Assembly (NCBI GenBank): GCA_031292675.1 | Contig: JARLGQ010000073.1 | Span: 629-64,628 of the forward strand | Direction: 5' to 3' | From: Acidimicrobiales bacterium | GTDB lineage: Bacteria > Actinomycetota > Acidimicrobiia > Acidimicrobiales > UBA8190 | DNA: 64,000 nucleotides | Made by a program: the position numbers and the translations under genes | Part shown: in pieces, positions 9,621 through 17,982 of the stretch | Numbering within the stretch: position 1 is the first letter of the stretch | Layout of the letters: each line of letters starts with the position of its first letter | The notes under the pieces: model-generated | Databases searched by the model: none | Seen by the model: only the letters and a program-made list of their open reading frames with translations | Told to the model about the DNA's origin: nothing

Positions 9621-10157
9621 TCACCCAGGTCCTCTTCGCGCACCCAGGAGCGTCACGAACAGGACAGCTGGTTCCGAGGATCGATTGCGCCAGGCGTGGC
9701 GAGTGCCGTTCTGAACCACGCAGTCACCGGCGTGGAGATGGAGCTCCTCGCCGTCGTCGAGCTCGAGCCACACCTCGCCTGAGACCACGAGATCGAGATC
9801 GACGGTGTCCGTGGTGTGCATTCCGGGATTGTCCGGCTCCATGGCCTCGGCCAGGCCCGGCAGCTTCGTACCCAGCTCCACCAGGGCGGCCCCGAGGTCG
9901 AGGTCATCGGGCAGGGTCGCCGAGTCGGGACCAAGAGTGAAGAAGAGGAAGCGGTACCCACCCGGCGGGGGGAAGTACCCGTCCTGGCCGGGCGGGGTGC
10001 CGTCGGTAGGAAGGGTCGGCGCCGAGTCGGAACCCCACAGTCGATGGAACTGCGTGCCCGGCAGGAGCGACACGGTGATCGGGTCCACCTCCTCGTCGGC
10101 CACGATGGCAGACTTGCCGTCTTCCTTCTGCCCGGTCACCACGCAGCGAATTCCCAT
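9621..10157 (-). CDS. Cupin-domain protein
   Basis: 178 aa from ATG 10155-10157, preceded by GGGGAGG. The C-terminal cupin barrel reads VVSGEVWLELDDGEELHLHAGDCVVQNGTRHAW. The upstream 171 codons of the ORF-track version are Arg/Pro junk. Confidence 0.8.
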   Translation of the reverse strand: MGIRCVVTGQKEDGKSAIVADEEVDPITVSLLPGTQFHRLWGSDSAPTLPTDGTPPGQDGYFPPPGGYRFLFFTLGPDSATLPDDLDLGAALVELGTKLPGLAEAMEPDNPGMHTTDTVDLDLVVSGEVWLELDDGEELHLHAGDCVVQNGTRHAWRNRSSEPAVLFVTLLGARRGPG

Positions 10158-10186
10158 GACGCCTCCCCTCGATCGATGGCGTCGCA

Positions 10187-11446
10187 TTATGACATTCGGG
10201 TCGGCGGCGGCTCCCTCTGGTTGCCAGCCGACTCCGTGGCGAGTCGGGCGGCCTTGGTCACGAGGTAGTGCTGTTCGCGCAGGTTCGTCGTCCGGGCTGC
10301 CGCCGCTCGGAACTCGATGATCGCGTTCCCGGCGTCTCCGGCCTGCTCGAGGAGATGGGCGCGCACGGCATGGACACGGTGATGGTCGCCGAGCCGATCG
10401 CCGAGTTCGTCGAGCACGGCGAGGCCGGCCCCGGGCCCATGGGCCATGGCGGCGGCGACCGCCCGGTTGAGCGTGACCATGGGATTGCCAGTCATCTTCT
10501 CGAGCAGCTCGTAGAGGGAGAGGATTCGGGTCCAGTCGGTGTCGGCGTACTGGACGGACTGGTCGTGGAGCGCGGCGATGGCCGCTTGTACCTGGTATTC
10601 GCCCACCTGTCGCAATTGCAGGGCCCCCTCGACGAGCGCGGTGCCCTCGGCGATGAGGCTCCGGTCCCAAAGGGTGCGGTCCTGCTCGGACAGCGGGACC
10701 AGCTCGCCGTCCACCCGGGTGCGCGCCGGGCGCCGGGCGTCAGTGAGCAGCATGAGGGCGAGCACACCGGTGACCTCGGGCTCTTGGGGCAGGGCGGCGC
10801 AGACGGCACGGGCCAGGCGGATGGCCTCGCCCGAAAGGTCGGTTCGAGCCAGATCGGGACCGCTGTTGCTGGCGTAGCCCTCGTTGAAGATGAGGTAGAG
10901 GACGTGCAGCACGGATCGCAGGCGTTCGGCACGCTCGTCGGAAGAGGGGAGGGCAAAGGGCTCCTCCGATGCCTTGACCCTGGCCTTGGCCCGGCTGATC
11001 CGCTGGGCCATGGTCGCTTCGGGGACCAGGAACGCGGTGGCGACCTCCCGTGTCGACAGACCGCCCACGGCCCGCAGCGTCAGCGGGATGGCCGACGCCG
11101 GTGTCAGCGATGGGTGGCAGCACATGAACATCAGGATGAGCGTGTCGTCGCGCCCCGATGCGGGGTCGGGGCCAGCGAGGGACCACGATGCGGCGAGGTC
11201 CTCCCGTCGACGGCGGGCGTCGTCGCCGCGGTATTGGTCACTCAGGCGGCGCGATGCCACACGAATGAGCCACCCGAGCGGGTTGTCCGGCTCACCTTGG
11301 GCGGGCCATGCCGTGGTGGCGGCGAGCAGCGCCTCTTGCACCGCGTCCTCGGCATCGGCGAAATGGCCGTAGCGGCGGACGACGGCACCGAGGACCTGCG
11401 GCGCCAGCTCGCGCAACAGGCCCTCGGTGCCCACGGAGGTTGTCAC
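10187..11446 (-). CDS. ECF sigma factor with long C-terminal TPR-like extension (ECF42-like)
   Basis: 419 aa from GTG 11446. Sigma region 2 reads AEDAVQEALLAA...NPLGWLIRVASRRLSDQYR and region 4 reads LRAVGGLSTREVATAFLVPEATMAQRISRAKARV. A helical extension of about 200 aa follows. The GTG overlaps the TGA of the +1-frame DGPF C-terminus (GTGA). Confidence 0.85.
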   Translation of the reverse strand: MTTSVGTEGLLRELAPQVLGAVVRRYGHFADAEDAVQEALLAATTAWPAQGEPDNPLGWLIRVASRRLSDQYRGDDARRRREDLAASWSLAGPDPASGRDDTLILMFMCCHPSLTPASAIPLTLRAVGGLSTREVATAFLVPEATMAQRISRAKARVKASEEPFALPSSDERAERLRSVLHVLYLIFNEGYASNSGPDLARTDLSGEAIRLARAVCAALPQEPEVTGVLALMLLTDARRPARTRVDGELVPLSEQDRTLWDRSLIAEGTALVEGALQLRQVGEYQVQAAIAALHDQSVQYADTDWTRILSLYELLEKMTGNPMVTLNRAVAAAMAHGPGAGLAVLDELGDRLGDHHRVHAVRAHLLEQAGDAGNAIIEFRAAAARTTNLREQHYLVTKAARLATESAGNQREPPPTRMS

Positions 11447-11845
11447 ACCTCGGGGTCGGGCGCGCTCAGCACCTCTCGCACCTCGATCCGCTGGCGGATC
11501 GGGCGCCCCGTCGGCCCCGGGCGCCGCCGACACCTGAGCGGCGATCTCGAGAGCCCGCTCGGCCGTCTCGACGTCCACCAACCGGTACCCGGCCAGCAGC
11601 TCCTTGGACTCCGCGAACGGGCCATCGGTGATCACGGCGGGGGCAGTCCCGTCCGACACGACGAATCTGGCCAGTTCAGGGCCGGCCAGTCCCTGGGCGT
11701 CGACCAGCTCGCCGCGCTCGGTGAGCTCCTGGTTCAACGCCTGCTGGAACAGGATGTGGGCCTTGATGTCCTCGGGATCCCACTCCGACATGGGGGCGCA
11801 GTCGGCGTCGACCCCCCCGTAATTCTGCAGCAGCATGAATCGCAT
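11443..11845 (-). pseudogene. YciI/DGPF-like protein gene, frame-disrupted as sequenced
   Basis: The N-terminal part (MRFMLLQNYGG...ITDGPFAESKELLAGYRLVDVETAERALEIAAQVSAAPG) starts at ATG 11845 after GGAAGGATGGAG. The family-typical end (..PIRQRIEVREVLSAPDPEV*) is in the +1 frame. The span is 403 nt, which is 3n+1. The switch must lie in about 11495..11525, which carries two C4 runs. Confidence 0.65.
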
Positions 11846-11996
11846 GTCTCCATCCTTCCCGATCGGCGGTGCCTCGATGGCAGCGCTCACCTTGCTGTCG
11901 ACGCTGGCTCCGGATTCTCGACATCCGGAGCTGAGACAGCCGGAATGTTCGCCATGGGCGGAGACGGCCCGTGTAGTGCCGCACCTTCCGTGGGGC

Positions 11997-13001
11997 ATGA
12001 TGGCCCCGGTGCGGAACCCGTTCCGGAGAGTGAGGATCGGCCTGGGGGCCCTGGCCCTGGTCCTCGTGGCGGGCACAGGGGGATACGTGCTGTTCGGGTT
12101 CGGCCTTCTCGATGCCGTCTACCAGGCGGTCATCACCGTCACGACGGTAGGGTTCAACTCCCCGCATCCACTGGACGCCGGAAGCAAGGTCTTCACCATC
12201 ATCCTGATCCTCGTGGGCGTGGGCACGGCGCTCTACACGTTCTCGGCCGTGCTCGAGGTGCTCATCGAGGGCCATATGCAGGACCTCGTCAGGAGGCGCA
12301 AGATGGAGCGGGACATCGCCCGCATGTCCGGGCACGTGATCGTGTGTGGCTGGGGACGGGTCGGGCGTGAGGTGGCGCAGTTCCTGGCCAACGCCGATCG
12401 TGACGTCGTCGTGGTCGACCGGGATCCCGAGCGCCTGGGTGAGGTGCCCTACGCGACGGTGCACGGTGACGTGACCGACGACGAGGTGCTTCGTCAGGCC
12501 GGCATCGACCGGGCAGCCTCGCTGGTCGCCGCGCTCGACACCGATGCCGACAACCTGTACGTGACGGTCGCCGGAAAGTCGATGCGACCCGACCTCCAGA
12601 TCATCGCCCGGGCCCGCAACGAGTCCTCGGAGCCGAAGCTCGTGCGTGCCGGTGCCGACCGGGTGGTGAACCCCCAGCAGCTCGGTGGTGACCGGATGGC
12701 CTCGTTCGTGACCCAGCCCCATGTGGTCGACTTCGTCGACATCGTCATGCACGACGGCACGCTCGAGTTCCGTCTGGAGGAGCTGGCGGTGTCATCCTCC
12801 TCGCCACTGTCGGGCGGCACCTTGCGATCGGCGCAACTGCGCGACCGCACCGGGGCCTTGGTGCTGGCCATCCGGCGTCCCGACGGCGGATTCCTGACCA
12901 ACCCGTCGCCCGAGGACGTCATCGAAGCCGGAGATGTCCTCATCAGCGTAGGCACGGCCCAACAGCTCGAAATGCTGGCGCAGTACGCGGGCCGCGCTTG
13001 A
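11997..13001 (+). CDS. 2-TM K+-channel-like protein with RCK (TrkA-N/TrkA-C) domains
   Basis: Two TM helices flank a pore loop (VITVTTVGFNS). These are followed by a Rossmann RCK motif (HVIVCGWGRVGREV) and a TrkA-C-like C-terminus. The start is ATG 11997/12000; the ORF-track start at 11835 overlaps the divergent gene. Confidence 0.85.
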   Translation: MMAPVRNPFRRVRIGLGALALVLVAGTGGYVLFGFGLLDAVYQAVITVTTVGFNSPHPLDAGSKVFTIILILVGVGTALYTFSAVLEVLIEGHMQDLVRRRKMERDIARMSGHVIVCGWGRVGREVAQFLANADRDVVVVDRDPERLGEVPYATVHGDVTDDEVLRQAGIDRAASLVAALDTDADNLYVTVAGKSMRPDLQIIARARNESSEPKLVRAGADRVVNPQQLGGDRMASFVTQPHVVDFVDIVMHDGTLEFRLEELAVSSSSPLSGGTLRSAQLRDRTGALVLAIRRPDGGFLTNPSPEDVIEAGDVLISVGTAQQLEMLAQYAGRA

Positions 13002-13027
13002 CCTCTGACGCCGTGAACGCTTCCCCG

Positions 13028-13849
13028 TCATCTCAATGGCGAAGGCCCCGGGGAGCCCGTTGCCTGGGACGCCAATCCTCGCAGGTCTCGGTGTTCGTCC
13101 CACCAAGGATCGGTTCGACCGAAACCTGACGCGGCGAGCAGCGGGGTCAAAGCGTTGTCCTGCGTCCCTCCCAACTCGACCAACAGCCAGCCACCGGGAC
13201 GGAGGAGTCGGCCGGCGGCGGCCACGATCCGCCGCACGAGGTCGAGACCGTCTTCGCCGCCGTCGAGCGCGGCTCGGGGTTCGTATCGTTGGACGTCGGC
13301 GGGCAGCAGGCGCACTTCCCCGGTGGGGACATACGGAGCGACCGCCGTGACCAGGTCCCACTCGCGCACCGGGCGCAATGGCCCGTCGAGGTCGGCCACC
13401 AGGGCCCGGACGCCGTTTCGTCGGGCACACATCACCGCGCCGATGTCGATGTCGATACCGATGACCGTTGCCGTGGGCACCCGTGTCGAGAGGTGGGCGG
13501 CGATGGCCCCTGCTCCCGTGCAGAGATCGAGGGCCCGGCCATGCATGGGGAGCAGTGTGCCGGCGCGGCGGGCAAGCTCCTCGCTCTGGACCCGAGGGAC
13601 GTAGACCCCCCGGTCCACGCGCAGCGTGCGGCCGCAGAACTGCAGTGCTCCGGTGATCCAGGCCAGTGGTTCACCCGTCTCGCGCCGCTGGAGCCATACC
13701 TCGAGCGTGGCCAGGTCGGTCGCGGCGGCGAGGAGCTCGTCGGCCTCCTCTTCGGCGGCGACGCACCCGGCGGCGACGAGGCGGCCGACCACGTCGGTGG
13801 CAGCTGCGCGTGAGACGGGCACGTCACATTGTGTCGGACCCGTGGACAC
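13028..13849 (-). CDS. SAM-dependent methyltransferase, HemK/PrmC-like (putative protein N5-glutamine MTase family)
   Basis: 273 aa. It has SAM motif I (ALDLCTGAGAIA) and an NPPY-like motif variant (VAPYVP). It resembles PrmC-related proteins. GTG start is uncertain. Confidence 0.78.
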   Translation of the reverse strand: MSTGPTQCDVPVSRAAATDVVGRLVAAGCVAAEEEADELLAAATDLATLEVWLQRRETGEPLAWITGALQFCGRTLRVDRGVYVPRVQSEELARRAGTLLPMHGRALDLCTGAGAIAAHLSTRVPTATVIGIDIDIGAVMCARRNGVRALVADLDGPLRPVREWDLVTAVAPYVPTGEVRLLPADVQRYEPRAALDGGEDGLDLVRRIVAAAGRLLRPGGWLLVELGGTQDNALTPLLAASGFGRTDPWWDEHRDLRGLASQATGSPGPSPLR

Positions 13850-13944
13850 GGCGTTCTGGAGCGGGCGACGTGCTGCGGTTCCGGAGGCGGATCGGCGTTT
13901 GGGTAGACGTGGAAGACGTCCAGGGCGTCGAAGGGCGCACTCCG

Positions 13945-14706
13945 GTGAGGCGGTGGCAAGATGAGGCGGTGGTGGCGAAACCGGTGCTTCTCGTCCATGG
14001 AGCCTGGCATGGCGCCTGGTGCTGGGAGCCGGTCGTGGCTGGACTCACCGAACGTGGCGTCCCGGCAGTTGCGATCGATCTCCCTGGGCATGGGGACGAT
14101 GCAGGAGCACTCACCGACCTGCATGCTGACGCTGAGCGCGTCCGGAATGCACTGGACGGATTCGACGAGCCCGTCATCCTGGCGGGGCATTCCTACGGCG
14201 GAATCGTCAACACCGAGGCAGGTGTCCATTCCAATGTCGCGGACCTGGTCTACGTGGCCGCTTTCAACCTTGACGAGGGTGAGTCCGCCTTGAGCGCCGC
14301 GGTGTCGGAGTCCACGGCTGCCGACCTCGATCACACGGGCCGCCCCGATGCGCTCGCTCAGATCCAGGTGGGCGAGGACGGGATCAGCACGATCCATGCC
14401 GCGGGGGCTCGGATTCTCTTCTACAACGACTGCAGCGACGAGGTGGCTGATTGGGCTGTGGCTCGGCTCGGTCCCCACCCCATGGCGAGCCTGGGCCAGA
14501 CCCCCGGTGCGGTGGCCTGGCGCCACAAGCCCTCGACGTATGCCGTCTGCACGCTCGACAACATCGTGCATCCCGACCTCCAACGCATTCTGGCGCGGCG
14601 AGCGGATCGTGTGGTCGAGTGGCCCACCGGGCATTCGCCGTTTCTGAGCCGTCCCGACCTTGTCGTGGACCTGCTTGCCGCCATGTCGTGTTCGGACGAG
14701 CGGTAG
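13945..14706 (+). CDS. Alpha/beta hydrolase
   Basis: The N-terminus reads PVLLVHGAWHGAWCW, the nucleophile elbow is GHSYGG, and a C-terminal His lies in GHSPFLS. The start is one of the GTGs at 13945/13969/13972. The upstream part of ORF 13666.. is Arg-rich junk. Confidence 0.8.
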   Translation: MRRWQDEAVVAKPVLLVHGAWHGAWCWEPVVAGLTERGVPAVAIDLPGHGDDAGALTDLHADAERVRNALDGFDEPVILAGHSYGGIVNTEAGVHSNVADLVYVAAFNLDEGESALSAAVSESTAADLDHTGRPDALAQIQVGEDGISTIHAAGARILFYNDCSDEVADWAVARLGPHPMASLGQTPGAVAWRHKPSTYAVCTLDNIVHPDLQRILARRADRVVEWPTGHSPFLSRPDLVVDLLAAMSCSDER

Positions 14707-14724
14707 CCGGGAGGACGACTGCAC

Positions 14725-15660
14725 GTGGTGGATCGAATCCAGTACGACGAGTTCGGGCTCTTCCACGAGAACGCCGAGGAGTACGGCCTGCCCTTCGACG
14801 GCCCTCCGGTGGTGCGGCGCGCCTGGGTCGAGATGCCTGACGGCCGGAGGTTGAGCGCCCTGGTGTGGGGAGACGGTGAACCGGAATTGGTGCTGTTGCA
14901 CGGCGGAGCCCAGAACGCCCATACGTGGGACACGGTCGCCATGGCCCTCGATCGTCCCCTGGTCGCCATCGACCTACCCGGACACGGGCACTCGGACGGA
15001 CCCGGCGCGCATCCCGAAGGGCAATTGAACGTGGAAGGCAACGCGGTCGACGTCGCCGTGGTGGTCCGCCGACTTGCCCCGGCGGCCCGTGCCGTGGTCG
15101 GCATGTCGCTCGGCGGGCTCACCACCATCGCCTTGACGAAAGAGGCGCCTGACCTGGTGCGCACGGTCGTCCTCGTCGACATCCTGCCGGGGATCAAGGG
15201 AGAGCGGGCCAAGCACATCATCGACTTCGTGAACGGCCCGGCGAGCTTCGCCAGCCTCGACGAGCTGCTGGACCTGACCGTGTCGTTCAATCCGACCCGG
15301 TCACTTTCCTCCCTCCGGCGGGGCATCCTGCACAACGCCGAGCAGCAGGACGACGGCACATGGGTGTGGCGGTGGGCTCGTCACCGACCGCACGGTGGGG
15401 CAGGCGGCTCGGGGGAGTCCGAGACGGGCGACGTGGGATACGACGGCCTGTGGGAGTCGCTGGCGTCGGTCGAGGTGCCGCTCCTGCTGGCCCGGGGTAT
15501 GCGGCCGGACTCGGTCCTCGGAGACGAGGACGAGGCGCAATTGCGGCGCCGCCTGCCTTCGGCCCGGGTCGCCCACATGGCGGGGGCCGGGCACAGCCTG
15601 CAGGGGGACACACCGCTCGAGCTGGCAGCACTCATCGAGGACTTCGTGTTCGGGAGCTGA
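14725..15660 (+). CDS. Alpha/beta hydrolase
   Basis: 311 aa with GTG start. It has the oxyanion HGG motif (LVLLHGGAQNAHTW), the nucleophile elbow (GMSLGG) and a C-terminal GAGHSLQ. Confidence 0.85.
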   Translation: MVDRIQYDEFGLFHENAEEYGLPFDGPPVVRRAWVEMPDGRRLSALVWGDGEPELVLLHGGAQNAHTWDTVAMALDRPLVAIDLPGHGHSDGPGAHPEGQLNVEGNAVDVAVVVRRLAPAARAVVGMSLGGLTTIALTKEAPDLVRTVVLVDILPGIKGERAKHIIDFVNGPASFASLDELLDLTVSFNPTRSLSSLRRGILHNAEQQDDGTWVWRWARHRPHGGAGGSGESETGDVGYDGLWESLASVEVPLLLARGMRPDSVLGDEDEAQLRRRLPSARVAHMAGAGHSLQGDTPLELAALIEDFVFGS

Positions 15661-15721
15661 ATCCCCTGTCGAAACCGTGAAGCGGCGACGACCGCGCCGG
15701 CCGGCATGCGCTCGGGGTCGA

Positions 15722-16921
15722 TCAGGGATTCACCCGGATAGGAAGGTACTCGAAGCGACGGGTGAAGGGTCCTGGTGCGTAGCGACCTGCATCCGTGTCG
15801 ACCACGAAGCCCGGCGCCCAGCGCAGCAGCTCCTCGATCGCCACTCGACCTTCGAGCCGGGCGGCAGCTGCCCCGAGGCAATGGTGCGGTCCGGAGCTGA
15901 ATGCCACCGTGCGCGCCACGGTGCGGGTCACGTCCAGAGTCCCGGCGTCGGGTCCGAATTCACGGGGGTCGCGGTTGGCCGAGGCGAAAAGGAGGTGCAC
16001 CTTGGTGGCCGCGGGGATGGTGACGGCACGCTCCCGGGGCCCCACCGCCACCTCTCTCGTCGACGTGCGTGACAAACCCTGCACGGGCGAGAGGAATCGA
16101 AGGAGCTCCTCGACCGCCCGGGGGATCCTTTCCGGGTCGACGGTGAGCAGGCGGCGCTGGTCGGGATGCTCGCTCAGGAGCGCGGCGGTGCCCCCGATGA
16201 GACCGGAGGCGGTGTCGTTGCCGCCGGCGACCATGACGAAACAGAAGCCCAGGATCTCCTCGACGGTCACCGGGCGCCCGTCCACGTCGGAGTCGAGGAG
16301 CACGGAGATCATGTCGTGGGCAGGGTGGTCCTTCTTGAAGGCGGCCAGCGCCGTGAAGTACGCGTAGAGCTCTCCCACGGCCTTGCCGGCCGAGAGCATG
16401 TTCCCGCTCGCGCTGGCGGAGACGATGGCACTGCTCCAGCCTCCGAAGGCCGAGCGGTCGTGTTCGGGGACACCGAGATAGTCGGCCACCACGAACGACG
16501 GCAGTGGGGAGGCAACCTCGGCGACGAAGTCCGCCTCTCCCATCTGGACGACGTGTTCGAGTCGTGACCGGGTGAAGGCACGAACGGCATCTTCTCGTTC
16601 GGCGACGGCCCGGGGAGTGAACATCGAGTTGACCAGCCGGCGGTAGAGGGTGTGCCGGGGACGGTCCATCATGACCAGGGTCGGCATGAGCCCGAGCTTG
16701 GTGATCTCGTCCTCCTCGAAGGTGAGGCCGTGGGCGGAGGAGAAGGCGTCGGTGTCGCACGTGGCGGCCATGACGTCCGCAAAGCGCGACAGGACCCAGA
16801 AACCGCGGTCCTCCACGTAGTGGACGGGGTCCTCGTCCCGGAGGCGCTCATAGGTCGGATAGGGGTCGCGCCAGAGCCCGGGATCGAGCGGGTCGTAGGA
16901 CAGCGCTCCGGGCGCCGTCAT
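15722..16921 (-). CDS. Cytochrome P450
   Basis: 399 aa. It has the I-helix (AGGNDTAS), the ExxR motif (EELLR) and the heme-binding loop (FSSGPHHCLGAAAAR). Confidence 0.92.
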   Translation of the reverse strand: MTAPGALSYDPLDPGLWRDPYPTYERLRDEDPVHYVEDRGFWVLSRFADVMAATCDTDAFSSAHGLTFEEDEITKLGLMPTLVMMDRPRHTLYRRLVNSMFTPRAVAEREDAVRAFTRSRLEHVVQMGEADFVAEVASPLPSFVVADYLGVPEHDRSAFGGWSSAIVSASASGNMLSAGKAVGELYAYFTALAAFKKDHPAHDMISVLLDSDVDGRPVTVEEILGFCFVMVAGGNDTASGLIGGTAALLSEHPDQRRLLTVDPERIPRAVEELLRFLSPVQGLSRTSTREVAVGPRERAVTIPAATKVHLLFASANRDPREFGPDAGTLDVTRTVARTVAFSSGPHHCLGAAAARLEGRVAIEELLRWAPGFVVDTDAGRYAPGPFTRRFEYLPIRVNP

Positions 16922-17037
16922 CGCCGTTTCCTCATCTGTGCTCGTCCATCTCTGCTCGTTCCCCCGACGCCCGTCGCCCGAGACAGTACGGCACTCTGGC
17001 GTCGGGCGGTCAACGACCCCGACGTCCCCGCCAACGG

Positions 17038-17946
17038 CTATCGGAGACGGCGCACGGTTCCCGGGGGGCTCTCGGGCCCTGCCCCGGGATGAAGAGCCGA
17101 CGCCAGGATCTCCACGCCGTCGACGAGACGCGGGCCCGGACGCGAGAAGTACGAACTTGCGTCGACGGCGAAGACCGCTTTCGCTCCCCTCAGCTCAGGC
17201 CTGGCAAGGAGGGAGGCACCCTCGGTGGCGGCAGCCTCCAGGCCGTACCCGCACGGCATGAACACGACCACCTCGGGCGATGCCGCCTCGATTTCCGCCC
17301 ACGAGACTCGGACAGACGGCGTACCGCGCCCGGCCAAAAGGGCCGAACCCCCGGCGGCCTCGATCATCTCGGGTACCCAATGGCCGCCGTTGAACGGAGG
17401 ATCAGACCACTCGAGCGCGAAGGTCCCGGGTCTCTGTCTCCCCGCCACGGCGCCGGTCACCGCTCGCAACCTCTGACGAAGCCCGTCGACGAGGGCCGCT
17501 GCTGTGGCTTCGGTCCCGGTCACGGCGCCAACCCGAAGGAGGCAGTCGAGAACCTCGCCCAGCGAGCTCGGGTCCATGGAGAGAACCTCGGCGCGGCAAC
17601 CGAGCAGTTCGAGTGCCTCGTTCACATGGCCGGAAGGCACGGCGCACACCGCACACAGGTCCTGGGTGAGCACGAGATCGGGGCGAAGCTCACGGACCGC
17701 GTCGGTGTCGAGGCGGTAGATCGGTTCACCCCCGTCGATGCTCGCGCTCACCAGGCGGTCCACTTCGGCCGGCTCGGCCGCCGGGGGCAGCGCGGAGAAG
17801 GAGACAGCTCTCTTGGTGCGGGCTGCCGGGGGCCAGTCGCATTCGTGGGTGACCCCCACCAGGTCCCCTTCGAGACCCAGGGCGAAGACGATCTCGGTGG
17901 CCGAAGGCAACAGGGAGAGGATGCGCATGCTGTGATCGTGCCCCAC
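17038..17946 (-). CDS. Periplasmic-binding-protein-fold (BtuF/cobalamin- or siderophore-binding-like) protein without an obvious signal peptide
   Basis: It starts with RILSLLPSATEIVFALGLEGDLVGVTHECD, followed by RPDLVLTQDLCAVC, as in class III substrate-binding proteins. The start is either GTG 17946 or ATG 17928. Confidence 0.72.
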   Translation of the reverse strand: MGHDHSMRILSLLPSATEIVFALGLEGDLVGVTHECDWPPAARTKRAVSFSALPPAAEPAEVDRLVSASIDGGEPIYRLDTDAVRELRPDLVLTQDLCAVCAVPSGHVNEALELLGCRAEVLSMDPSSLGEVLDCLLRVGAVTGTEATAAALVDGLRQRLRAVTGAVAGRQRPGTFALEWSDPPFNGGHWVPEMIEAAGGSALLAGRGTPSVRVSWAEIEAASPEVVVFMPCGYGLEAAATEGASLLARPELRGAKAVFAVDASSYFSRPGPRLVDGVEILASALHPGAGPESPPGTVRRLR

Positions 17947-17982
17947 GCGGGGGCCCGAAGCCAGTGGAGCGACCTGCTGACG

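Noticed and set aside
11495-11525. Programmed ribosomal frameshift as the explanation for the DGPF frame switch.
   Set aside because: The required shift is +1. I see no recognised +1 shift-prone site (no rare or stop codon stall context). A 1-nt insertion in a G/C run is simpler. The point is left open in the findings pending read evidence.
10268-12370. A 700-aa plus-strand ORF.
   Set aside because: It is antisense to the sigma factor and DGPF genes and overlaps the K+ channel start. It has no motifs and is Gly/Arg/Pro-rich.
13432-14922. A 496-aa minus-strand ORF.
   Set aside because: It is antisense to the two alpha/beta hydrolase genes and overlaps the methyltransferase. It has no motifs.
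17947-17982. Looked for a cobalamin riboswitch upstream of the BtuF-like binding-protein gene.
   Set aside because: Only 36 nt separate it from the preceding gene. There is no room for a ~200-nt riboswitch and no B12-box-like sequence.
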